DNA of 64,000 nucleotides. Source: an uncultured Desulfarculus sp. (GTDB lineage Bacteria; Desulfobacterota; Desulfarculia; Desulfarculales; Desulfarculaceae). The notes below the pieces were generated by a model, which had not been told where the DNA came from, ran no database searches, and saw only the letters and a list, made by a program, of their open reading frames with translations. Each line of letters begins with the position of its first letter. Within the stretch, counting starts at the first letter, position 1. The position numbers were made by a program, and so were the translations under genes. The stretch spans positions 3,360,001 to 3,424,000 of the forward strand of contig CAXXUK010000001.1 in the NCBI GenBank assembly GCA_963665125.2. Direction: 5' to 3'. This document shows positions 9,389 through 17,924 of this stretch, piece after piece.

Positions 9389-11548
9389 TTGCCCGGCATT
9401 CACCAAGCTACGGGGAATAATCACTTGGCGGCAAAATTTTTACGCATAGGCCTGCCCGGCTGGATCGGCATTGGAGCGGTCAGCGGCTTGATCACGGGCA
9501 TCATTGCCGGCGAATCCTGCAAAGTCCTGCAACCGGTGGGCACGGCCTATGTAATGCTCCTGGAGTCCGTGGTCTATCCCTATCTGATTTCCTCGCTGCT
9601 TCACGGCCTGGGCCAGCTCAGCTCGGCCACGGCCCTGCGCCTGTTCAAGCGCAGTTGGCCGTTTTACCTGTCCGTCTGGGGCCTGACCCTGGGCGCGGCC
9701 TATCTATTGAGCCTTTCGTTCCCGGCCCTGCCCCTGCCGCCGGTCATCGATGCCACCCTGCCGGATCGCACCGGGCCGGACCTTTTGCAGCTCATCCTGC
9801 CGGGCAACATCTTCCACGACTTGGCCAACAACTACGTACCGGCCGTGGTCGTATTGTCGGTATTATTTGGCGTAGCCCTGCAGAACGCGCCGGGCAAGGG
9901 CAAGATGTTGGACCTGCTGGCCCTGCTGCGCGCCGCCTGCGTAAAGATTTGGAACTGGGTCGTCAACCTGGCTCCTTTGGCCGTGTTCGCCATGTTCGCG
10001 GTAACCGCCGGGACCATGAAAATGGACAAGCTGGAGGGGCTCGTCATTTACGTGGTGCTGTTTTTGGCCGCCACGTTCTTCCTGGCCTTCGTGGTCCTGC
10101 CCATGGCCATGTCGGCGCTGTTGCCCACCCGCTACACCGAGGTGCTGTCCGAACTGCGCGGAGCCCTGGTGCTGTCGCTGGTCACCACCCTGTCGGTGGT
10201 GGCCCTGCCCTTTATCCAGCAGGCAGCCGAAAAGCTGGCCGGCGACAACGGCATCGACAATGACGACAAGGGCGAAATAATCGAGACATCCCTGGCCATC
10301 AGCTACCCCCTGGGCCAGTTGGGCAACCTGTTCGTCTATTTTTTCATCCTTTTCGCGGCATTCAACTCCCGCACCACCCTCGAAGGCATGGAGCAGCTGG
10401 CCCTGCCGCTGATGACCCTGTTTTCGTGTATCGGCTCGCCCACCTCCACGGTCAACGCCGTGGATTTCCTGGGCCAATGGCTTAATTTGCCCGGCCGGCC
10501 GCTGGATCTGTACGTGGAGACCATGGTCATCACCCGCTACGGCCAGGTGGCCCTTTCGGTCATGGGTTTCGCTTTTTTAACCTACACCATGACCTTCAAC
10601 TACTACGAACGACTCAAAGTGGCCGCCCACCGGCTGGCTTTCAGCGCCCTGTTGGCCCTGCTGTGCATAGTGGGCCTCGGTTTCGGCGGCCACGGCCTGC
10701 TCGGCAATTCCCTGGACAAGCCGGACGACGCCCACCTGCGGCTGAGTTTGCCCCAACAGATCACCAGCGGTGTGACGGTGAAGGTCTATAAAACCAGGCA
10801 GGAGTTCTTCACCGACTACCCCGAACCGGGACTCAAGCCGGGAGAATCGGTGGTCGACCGCATCCAGCGCACCAACACCCTGCTGGTGGGCTATGCGGCG
10901 GGCATCATTCCCTTTACCTATTTCAACAAGCACGGCGACCTGGTGGGCTATGACATCGCCTGCGCCTATGACCTGGCCAAGGCCCTCAACGCCAAGCTGG
11001 TGCTGGCGCCGATAACATTCAAACTGATCAAACAAGAGGCCAAAGACGGCGTATTCGACATCATCATGGGCGGCATCTTCGTCACCGAGGAGCGCATGCG
11101 CTGGGGCGTGTTCTGCCAGCCCTATTACCAAAGCCCCATGGGCCTGATCGTGCCTTCCAAAAGGGCAAAGGAATTCACCGACATGGCCGCCATCAGACAA
11201 ATGCCCGGTTTGTCAATCGCCGTTTTCGACGATCCGCTGATGTTCGAGTTGGCCCGCAGGCTCTTTCCCAAGGCCAAACAGCAGGTTGTCGGAAGCTTGG
11301 GCTATGACGACCTGCCAAGCGCCACGGACTGGAACGCGGCCTTGTGGACATTCGGCGAGGCCTCGATCTGGGCCATGGCCCACCCCGGCTATACGGCCGT
11401 CAAACCCAAGGACATGGGCGCGGTGATGCTGGTGTCGTACTACCTGCCAAGGGACTCGGCCCAGATGCAGCAGATGATCAACGGCTGGCTCAACCTGCGC
11501 AAGGCCGACGGATTCCTGGCCCGCCAACGGGCATATTGGATGGAATAA
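9389..11548 (+). CDS. Dicarboxylate/amino acid:cation symporter (DAACS) fused to a C-terminal solute-binding domain
   Basis: N-terminal ~440 aa polytopic with TTLSVVALP motif; C-terminal PFTYFNKHGDLVGYDIACAYDLAKAL typical of family-3 SBPs; start uncertain. Confidence 0.85.
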   Translation: MPGIHQATGNNHLAAKFLRIGLPGWIGIGAVSGLITGIIAGESCKVLQPVGTAYVMLLESVVYPYLISSLLHGLGQLSSATALRLFKRSWPFYLSVWGLTLGAAYLLSLSFPALPLPPVIDATLPDRTGPDLLQLILPGNIFHDLANNYVPAVVVLSVLFGVALQNAPGKGKMLDLLALLRAACVKIWNWVVNLAPLAVFAMFAVTAGTMKMDKLEGLVIYVVLFLAATFFLAFVVLPMAMSALLPTRYTEVLSELRGALVLSLVTTLSVVALPFIQQAAEKLAGDNGIDNDDKGEIIETSLAISYPLGQLGNLFVYFFILFAAFNSRTTLEGMEQLALPLMTLFSCIGSPTSTVNAVDFLGQWLNLPGRPLDLYVETMVITRYGQVALSVMGFAFLTYTMTFNYYERLKVAAHRLAFSALLALLCIVGLGFGGHGLLGNSLDKPDDAHLRLSLPQQITSGVTVKVYKTRQEFFTDYPEPGLKPGESVVDRIQRTNTLLVGYAAGIIPFTYFNKHGDLVGYDIACAYDLAKALNAKLVLAPITFKLIKQEAKDGVFDIIMGGIFVTEERMRWGVFCQPYYQSPMGLIVPSKRAKEFTDMAAIRQMPGLSIAVFDDPLMFELARRLFPKAKQQVVGSLGYDDLPSATDWNAALWTFGEASIWAMAHPGYTAVKPKDMGAVMLVSYYLPRDSAQMQQMINGWLNLRKADGFLARQRAYWME

Positions 11549-11564
11549 CCAGCCTGTAACCGGT

Positions 11565-12872
11565 ATGACTGACTTGACTTCGCACCCGGCGGAAAATGGG
11601 CCCACCGAATCAAGACCCGTAAGCTACCGCTGGCTGGTCTTCGCCATCCTGGCCGCCATCTATCTGCTGGTATATTTTCACCGCCAGGCCCCGGCCGTGC
11701 TGTCCCTGGACCTGATGAAGGACCTGGGGCTGAACGGCACGGCCCTGGGCCTGATCAGCGCGGCCTACTTTCTGCCCTACGCCGTCATGCAGGCCCCCGC
11801 CGGTCTGTTCACGGGGGTTTGGGGTCCGCGCAAGCTGCTTTGCGCCTCGCTTTGCCTGGCCGGAGCCGGCTCGCTGGTATTGGCCTTCGCGCCCGGTTTT
11901 TCAACCGCCCTGGTGGGCCGGGCCCTGGTGGGCCTGGGCGTTTCGACCGTGCTGGTCTGCGTTTTGGAGATCATGGCCCGCTGGTTTCCCCAACGGACCT
12001 TTGTGCGCATGCTGGGCTATCTGCTGGGCGTCGGCGGCCTGGGTGTATTCGTGGGCGCGGCGCCCCTGGCCTATCTGGACTCGGTGGTCGGCTGGCGGTC
12101 CAGCTTTGAGATCATAGCCGCCATGTCGTTTTTACTGGCCGCCGCCCTATGGTTTCTGGTGCGCAGCACGCCGGACAAGATGGGTTTTCCCATGCCGGAC
12201 AGCCATCCCATGCCCGCGGTCCGGCAAGCACCGGGCGATTTCCCCAAAAACCTGAAAAGCGTGGCCGTCAGCCCGGGATTCTGGCCCCCGGCCATTTGGG
12301 GTTTCATGAGCGTGGCCATCTTCAGCTCCCTGGGTTGCCTGTGGGGCGGCCCCTACCTCATGCACACCCACGGCCTGAGCAAGCTGCAAACAGGCCACAT
12401 CCTGGCCATGCTGGCAGTGGGCATGGTCATCGGCGGCCCTTTATTGGCCTACTTGGCGGGTTCGGTGTTCGGCTCGCGCAAACGCGTGCTGGTGGCGACC
12501 TGCCTGGGCCTGGTCATGCTGATGATAGTGTTGATACTGCTGGCCGAAACCATGCCCATTGCCGCCCTATACGCCTGGTTCGGCCTGTTGGGCCTGGTCA
12601 CAATGGGCGCGGCGCCCCTGGCCCTGACCCTGTCCAGGGACTCGGTGCAGCGATCGCTGACTGCCCCGGCCACGGGCGTATGCAATTTTCTGTTTTTGGT
12701 GGGCGGGGCCATCATCCAGCCCGTTGCCGGCTGGATCCTGGATGCCCACGGCAATGGGGTTGATTACACGGCAGCCCACTACCAACAGACCTTTTATCTA
12801 TATCTTGTTCTGGCCATAATGGCCCTGGCCGCCGCCCTAGCCATCAAGGAACCGCCGGGACCTAAACCGTAA
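11565..12872 (+). CDS. MFS transporter
   Basis: About 12 TM; RWLVF...YFHRQ; G..T..WGPRK motif A variant. Confidence 0.9.
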   Translation: MTDLTSHPAENGPTESRPVSYRWLVFAILAAIYLLVYFHRQAPAVLSLDLMKDLGLNGTALGLISAAYFLPYAVMQAPAGLFTGVWGPRKLLCASLCLAGAGSLVLAFAPGFSTALVGRALVGLGVSTVLVCVLEIMARWFPQRTFVRMLGYLLGVGGLGVFVGAAPLAYLDSVVGWRSSFEIIAAMSFLLAAALWFLVRSTPDKMGFPMPDSHPMPAVRQAPGDFPKNLKSVAVSPGFWPPAIWGFMSVAIFSSLGCLWGGPYLMHTHGLSKLQTGHILAMLAVGMVIGGPLLAYLAGSVFGSRKRVLVATCLGLVMLMIVLILLAETMPIAALYAWFGLLGLVTMGAAPLALTLSRDSVQRSLTAPATGVCNFLFLVGGAIIQPVAGWILDAHGNGVDYTAAHYQQTFYLYLVLAIMALAAALAIKEPPGPKP

Positions 12873-13827
12873 GGCCGCTTTCCCTGGGCGGCAGGGGCAG
12901 CACATGGCCCCTATCCTGCGGATCGATGGGCCGCATCAACTCTTGCTTGAAGTCTTCGTCAAACACGGCCTCGAAATCGATCTTACCTATCGGGCCGCCA
13001 TGTCCCGCCTCTTTACGCTCAATGAGCCTGCCGATCAATTCGCCGACCATGTAATAGACCGGGACCAAAGTCTTTTCGCCCACCTGACGCACGTCGGCGG
13101 GCATCCGCCCGTCGGCCAGGCGCACGTTGATAAGCGGCGACTGGCCCACGATGGCCCCGTCGTCTATGGTTTCCGAGACATGGTGCAGGCTGACCCTGGT
13201 GGTGTGGGCCTGGCGCTCCAAGAGGTCTTCCCAGGGCTGGGGGCCCGCGCCGTAGTTGCTCAGCAGGTCCGAAGGATGCACGTTGTAGATGCCCAAGGGC
13301 GGTTGCCCGATTATCGGCGCGTCAATGGCCTGGCCAAAGCCGCTGACCACGATGACCTCGGGGTCCAGCTCCTTCAGTTTGGCCCGGAAATAGTCGTTTT
13401 TCACCTCGCCGGTGTAACAGGGTATGCCGAAGCCCAGGGCCGACTCCAGGATGCCCAGTTCATATTCCTCGCGCATGCTTTCCGGGTAGTAGCGCCAGAA
13501 ACGTTTCTTGATTGATATCTTGGCCGAGCCGTCCAGAGGGTCGTCGGTGACCAGGCCGACGATGTTGACCTCGTCCGGCATGGCGGCCTCCAGGGCCCTT
13601 ACCGCCTCGAAGCTCAGCAGGCCCAGGGTCCAACTGGCGATGACCAGGCAGCGCAGGCCCCGGTCGGTCTTGGCCGGATTGTCATCCGGAGCGGGCAGGA
13701 TGAACTTGCCCCAGCACGTATCATGCGGAGCCCTGATCTGGCGGCCCGGGTTGATCATGATTATACGGGCCAGCAGGTCTTCTTCTGCCGTCAGTTCGTG
13801 GAGTTCCAGTTTCTTCAAGTTAACCAC
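12862..13827 (-). CDS. Formyltransferase-domain protein (Fmt/ArnA-like)
   Basis: IYNVHPSDL...GAGPQPW...SLHHV...IDDGAIVGQ. Confidence 0.8.
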   Translation of the reverse strand: MVNLKKLELHELTAEEDLLARIIMINPGRQIRAPHDTCWGKFILPAPDDNPAKTDRGLRCLVIASWTLGLLSFEAVRALEAAMPDEVNIVGLVTDDPLDGSAKISIKKRFWRYYPESMREEYELGILESALGFGIPCYTGEVKNDYFRAKLKELDPEVIVVSGFGQAIDAPIIGQPPLGIYNVHPSDLLSNYGAGPQPWEDLLERQAHTTRVSLHHVSETIDDGAIVGQSPLINVRLADGRMPADVRQVGEKTLVPVYYMVGELIGRLIERKEAGHGGPIGKIDFEAVFDEDFKQELMRPIDPQDRGHVLPLPPRESGLTV

Positions 13828-13973
13828 CCAATTTCAGTCAATATTATGCCGTTATGCTAACCTACCGCGCCGCTGCCGTCCAAGTTTTTCCCACCAGACC
13901 TTGCCAACCCAACCCGTTCGCTTTATCATAATAGATATCATTATCAGTTAATAATCTTTCCCGGAGGGAGAGC

Positions 13974-14345
13974 ATGCTTACCCTTGAGCAAATCAACGGC
14001 GACCGCGACCTGGTCAACAACATCGACTGGGAAATGACCCCGGAAAAGGCCGTATCGCTGTATCTGGAGTGGGGCAACGGTTGGAACCACGGCATCCGCA
14101 TGGTCCGTTCCCACAATGACGTGGCCTACTATTTCGTGGTCTATTCCTGGGAAGAAGGCCCGGTGCTGCACCTGATCCGCCGCAACACCGAAGGAGCCGA
14201 GGAACTGGCCGTTATCACCATCCCCGAGGAAATGCGCCAACGCTTCAACGAGCATTGGGGCGGTCACAAGGGCGTATACGCGCCCACCGAGGAGATATAC
14301 GACTGGCTCCAGGAAGCCCTGGGCGTATCAGACCTTTTTCACTAA
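13974..14345 (+). CDS. DVU0772-family protein
   Basis: IDWEMTPEKAVSLYLEWGN motif; strong GGAGGG RBS. Confidence 0.8.
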   Translation: MLTLEQINGDRDLVNNIDWEMTPEKAVSLYLEWGNGWNHGIRMVRSHNDVAYYFVVYSWEEGPVLHLIRRNTEGAEELAVITIPEEMRQRFNEHWGGHKGVYAPTEEIYDWLQEALGVSDLFH

Positions 14346-14348
14346 TTT

Positions 14349-14574
14349 CTTGAGCCTTGGCCCGTCCTTGGGCCAAGGTGCAGCGCCCCGGACGGAGCAA
14401 GTCCGATCCGGGGCTCACGGCGCATGGCTTCGCGCTGCGCCGGGCTGGCCCTACGATCTCTTGCACCTGGGCCCGTCCCTGGGCCAAGGTGCAGCGCTTT
14501 GGGCGGAGCAAGTCCGTCCCGAAGCTCACGGCGCATGGCTTCGCGCTGCGCCGGGCTGGCCATCCATGGCCAGC
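14349..14574. repeat. Two tandem copies (111-bp period) of a multi-hairpin extragenic palindromic repeat
   Basis: Shared GGAGCAAGTCCG...GCTCACGGCGCATGGCTTCGCGCTGCGCCGGGCTGGCC; third copy at 47662-47753. Confidence 0.92.
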
Positions 14575-14960
14575 AGTCCGTAACGCTGGGGTCCTGCTAG
14601 TGCAAATAGCCCGACCCAACCGGCCACGAATCTGTCATCGGGCACAGTCCGCACGCCGAGTCATGGCGTAATCCTGCGGGAAGTTAATGCTCCGATGCGC
14701 CAACACGCACGGAATATTTTTAAATTCCAGCATCGCCCAGGGAACCTCAGACCCAACTCGAGGCAACGTCATTTGGAGGGGGGGCGGGGACCACCTTTGT
14801 CGAAAGGGGGTCCCCACTTCCCCCAGGGAAATATTGGCTTTCCCAGAAAGCTCGCGTCGGCACCGCGTTTTAAAGGCACTAAGGCCGTGAAAGAGAAAAG
14901 ACCGGAGCGAAAAAGGACAACCTTTCTGTTTTGGTTAATCTCCTAGAAGTGGTTTTAGAT

Positions 14961-15030
14961 GCCCGGCGGCCTCGGCCTTTTGCAGGGCCTTGAGATAAAT
15001 TTGGGATTTGCCCTTTGACCCCGGCTGCGG
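14961..15030 (-). pseudogene. Displaced duplicate of the 3' end of the flavodoxin-like gene (matches 15420-15488)
   Basis: GCCCGGCGGCCTCGGCCTTTTGCAGGGCCTTG...AATTTGGGATTTGCCCTTTG is repeated. Confidence 0.85.
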
Positions 15031-15088
15031 TATCGGCATAGGCTGTGTACGTCAGATACGGGGTCGCTTTAATTGGGGGAAGCCAGCA

Positions 15089-15358
15089 GTGGATTTTTTC
15101 ATTGGCTTAATAGCTTTTATAGTGGCTTTTTGCGTTTATTCCTGGTGTAAAGACACCCCAACGAAAAAACCCTCAATAGTCGCCAATATTCAAATACATG
15201 TGGATGAAGACGGCAATACCATCCTGACCAAAATGGTAAACGACAGGCGTATCGGCGCGCCGCTGCTTTTGCCGGCGGAGGCCAGCCCGGAAAAAATCAA
15301 GCGCACCGCCGAAGAGATGGCCGAAGAGGTCAGGCAGGAATACCCCTCCTTGAGATAG
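15089..15358 (+). CDS. Small hypothetical protein with N-terminal TM helix
   Basis: GTG start after GGGGGA; hydrophobic N-terminus; AT-richer than flanks. Confidence 0.6.
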   Translation: MDFFIGLIAFIVAFCVYSWCKDTPTKKPSIVANIQIHVDEDGNTILTKMVNDRRIGAPLLLPAEASPEKIKRTAEEMAEEVRQEYPSLR

Positions 15359-15387
15359 CCCACCCTACACCACTTAAAACAAACGTC

Positions 15388-15981
15388 TCAGCCCAGTTTC
15401 AACCGCCCGGCCATGCGCCGCCCGGCGGCCTCGGCCTTTTGCAGGGCCTTGGGGCTAATTTGGGATTTGCCCTTTGTGCCCGGCGCGGCCAGGCGGGCCA
15501 CGCTTCTGAAACCGGCGTAGTGCAAAATCCCGCCCATGGCCCGCAACGCGCCCCGGCTCTGGGCCAAGATGAAATTAAAGGGCCATTGCGTGGTGCAGGC
15601 CGTCAGGACAATCGCCGGTTTGCCCTTGTGGCGCGGCAGGGGCAGGCCGCTTTTTTGCTCGCCGATCAGGGCCGGGACCATGCGGTCAAAAAGCGTTTTC
15701 AGCGGACTGCTCATGTTGCCCCAATGGGTTGGCGTGCCGATGACCAGTCCATCGCACCCGCCCAGCATTTCCGCCACATCATGGGCGTCATCTTGGGGCA
15801 ATACGCAAACTCCGTCCGGGCGGCATTTCATGCAGGCAATGCAATGAGCCAACTCCAACTTGCAAACATCCACCCACTGGACCTCGGCCGCGCCGCCCAG
15901 GCCGTCGACAACGCCTCGCAGCATGGTCTCCACGGTTCCGCCCCGTCTGGGGCTGCCGTTCAACACAAGCACCTTTGCCAT
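15388..15981 (-). CDS. Flavodoxin-like / iron-sulfur flavoprotein (NADPH-dependent FMN reductase family)
   Basis: LNGSPRRGG; CIACMKC...C cluster motif; GTPTHWGNMS. Confidence 0.9.
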   Translation of the reverse strand: MAKVLVLNGSPRRGGTVETMLRGVVDGLGGAAEVQWVDVCKLELAHCIACMKCRPDGVCVLPQDDAHDVAEMLGGCDGLVIGTPTHWGNMSSPLKTLFDRMVPALIGEQKSGLPLPRHKGKPAIVLTACTTQWPFNFILAQSRGALRAMGGILHYAGFRSVARLAAPGTKGKSQISPKALQKAEAAGRRMAGRLKLG

Positions 15982-15992
15982 TCTCAACACCC

Positions 15993-16862
15993 CTACGGCA
16001 GGTATTCGGCCGCCTTCAGCGCCACGTCCGGCTGAAGGACCAACTCATAATGATCGTATTCCGGGAAGTCGCCAATGTGCCCGGCTCCGTCCAGCACGGC
16101 CGAGTCGTACGGCACCAAGCCGTCGTTGTCCACCTCATAAACTCTCTTTAAAACCTGCCAGCCCAAAGCCAACTCACCGCCCCAGCCCACACAACCGCCG
16201 TCAGGGCAGTTGCCGCGCACCGTGTGCATGGCCCCGCCCTGGGCCAGGGGGGCCTCGGCCGCCGGATAGTCCCTGTTGAAGCGGGCCATGCGCTCTGGTT
16301 GCAGGTCGGCTATGGCCTCGTCCGCTCCGATGAACAGGCCCACCCACTGGAAACTGTCGGCCAACTGCGAACCAAGGTGAGGCGTGCCCAGGGTGACCAA
16401 CGCCGCCACCTTGCCTGGGTTTTCCTGTAAATAATACCGGCTGACCAGCCCGCCCATGCTGTGGGCCATAACGTCAAAGGAAGCGCTGAGGTCGTGCTCT
16501 TTTTGCAGTACATCCACGGTCTGTTGCAGGTAGTGGGCCTGCCACTGGATCGACTTGGTCCCGGCGCTAGAGTCGTTTTCGCCGGCGCAGATCAGTTTTT
16601 TGCCGCCGATGTCCCTTTGCCAAACCCTAGTGGAGCCGCCCAGATACACCACATAGACGTTGCCCGAACCCCAGACGCCCAGACAGGCGTCCAGAAAAGC
16701 ATCGCCCCACTGATGTTTGTTGGCCAGGCCGTGAACCAGCACCAGGTCGTATTGTTTTTGCTGCGGCCGGGCCTGCATCTTGGCCGGTTCGGTGTGCGAA
16801 CACGCCGCCGGCACCAACAGGGCAAGGGCCACGCCGAAAATTGTCAACAGGTTCCTGATCAT
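15993..16862 (-). CDS. Secreted alpha/beta hydrolase (lipase-like), lipoprotein
   Basis: AAC lipobox; VLVHGL; AHSMGG nucleophile elbow; TLGTPHLGS; NDGLV. Confidence 0.88.
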   Translation of the reverse strand: MIRNLLTIFGVALALLVPAACSHTEPAKMQARPQQKQYDLVLVHGLANKHQWGDAFLDACLGVWGSGNVYVVYLGGSTRVWQRDIGGKKLICAGENDSSAGTKSIQWQAHYLQQTVDVLQKEHDLSASFDVMAHSMGGLVSRYYLQENPGKVAALVTLGTPHLGSQLADSFQWVGLFIGADEAIADLQPERMARFNRDYPAAEAPLAQGGAMHTVRGNCPDGGCVGWGGELALGWQVLKRVYEVDNDGLVPYDSAVLDGAGHIGDFPEYDHYELVLQPDVALKAAEYLP

Positions 16863-17076
16863 TCCAAGCTCCGTCCATCGCGCCTATTCGCATCAAACAC
16901 GGAATTCATTCTATGCCATTTGTGGCAATCACCACAAATGGGTCTTATCTTCAAAACCACGATCCCCATGCGCCTATTGGCCCGTCCGGATTGACAGATC
17001 CCTAACTTGGCAATAGGCTATGGTCACCGAAACCTAAACCATCCCAGCGCCAAGGCGTTTCAAAGGAGCGTATAGG

Positions 17077-17898
17077 ATGCTTCTGATCGAAGACTTGCAG
17101 GTCGAACTTTCCGGAAAGACCCTGCTCAGGCACATTGACCTGGAGATAAAACCAGGCGAAACCCACATCCTGTTCGGCCCCAACGGCTCGGGCAAAACCT
17201 CTCTGCTGATGACCATCATGGGCATGCCCGGCTATATCGTCAAAGGCGGCCACATCATCTTCAAGGGCGAGGACATCACCTATTGGCCCATTCACGAACG
17301 GGCCAAACTGGGCATCGGCATGGCCTTCCAGCGCCCGCCGACCATCAACGGCCTCAAGACCCGGCAGATGGTGGACATCTGCGCCCAGGGCAGGGATGTC
17401 GACGTCCAGACCCTGGCCGACGAAGTCAATTTCGGCGATTTCCTTGACCGTGAACTAAACGCCGGTTTTTCCGGCGGCGAGATAAAACGCTCCGAACTGT
17501 TGCAGCTCAAGGCCCAGAATCCGGATTTGATGCTCTTTGACGAACCGGAGTCGGGCGTGGACATGGAAAACATGCACCTGGTGGGCGAGACCATCGCCTC
17601 GCTATTGCAAAAGGACAACGCCCAGCACCCCCACGAGGGCGGACCGATCATTGACCGCCGAAAAAAGCGCACCAAGATGGGCCTGATCATCACCCACACC
17701 GGCTATGTCCTGGACTACCTGGAGGCCGACAGCGGTCACGTGCTGTTCAACGGGATATTGTCCTGCGCCTCCATACCCAGGGAGATCATGCGCTGCGTTG
17801 AGCTAAACGGCTATGAAGAGTGCGTCAACTGCATGATGCCCGCGGCCCATGTGCTCGAAAGCCTCAACGAAAGCCTCAAGGACGGCCTCAACGACTGA
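17077..17898 (+). CDS. sufC: Fe-S assembly ABC ATPase, SufC/SmsC type
   Basis: GPNGSGKT; GFSGGEIKRSE; DEPESGVD; IITH; C-terminal CxxC. Confidence 0.9.
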   Translation: MLLIEDLQVELSGKTLLRHIDLEIKPGETHILFGPNGSGKTSLLMTIMGMPGYIVKGGHIIFKGEDITYWPIHERAKLGIGMAFQRPPTINGLKTRQMVDICAQGRDVDVQTLADEVNFGDFLDRELNAGFSGGEIKRSELLQLKAQNPDLMLFDEPESGVDMENMHLVGETIASLLQKDNAQHPHEGGPIIDRRKKRTKMGLIITHTGYVLDYLEADSGHVLFNGILSCASIPREIMRCVELNGYEECVNCMMPAAHVLESLNESLKDGLND

Positions 17899-17924
17899 CC
17901 AAATCCGCTCCAAGGATAGTTGAT

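Noticed and set aside
14349..14574. CRISPR array or short ORFs in the tandem repeat
   Set aside because: Units are about 110 bp with no unique spacers and no cas genes; the ORFs there are repeat translations
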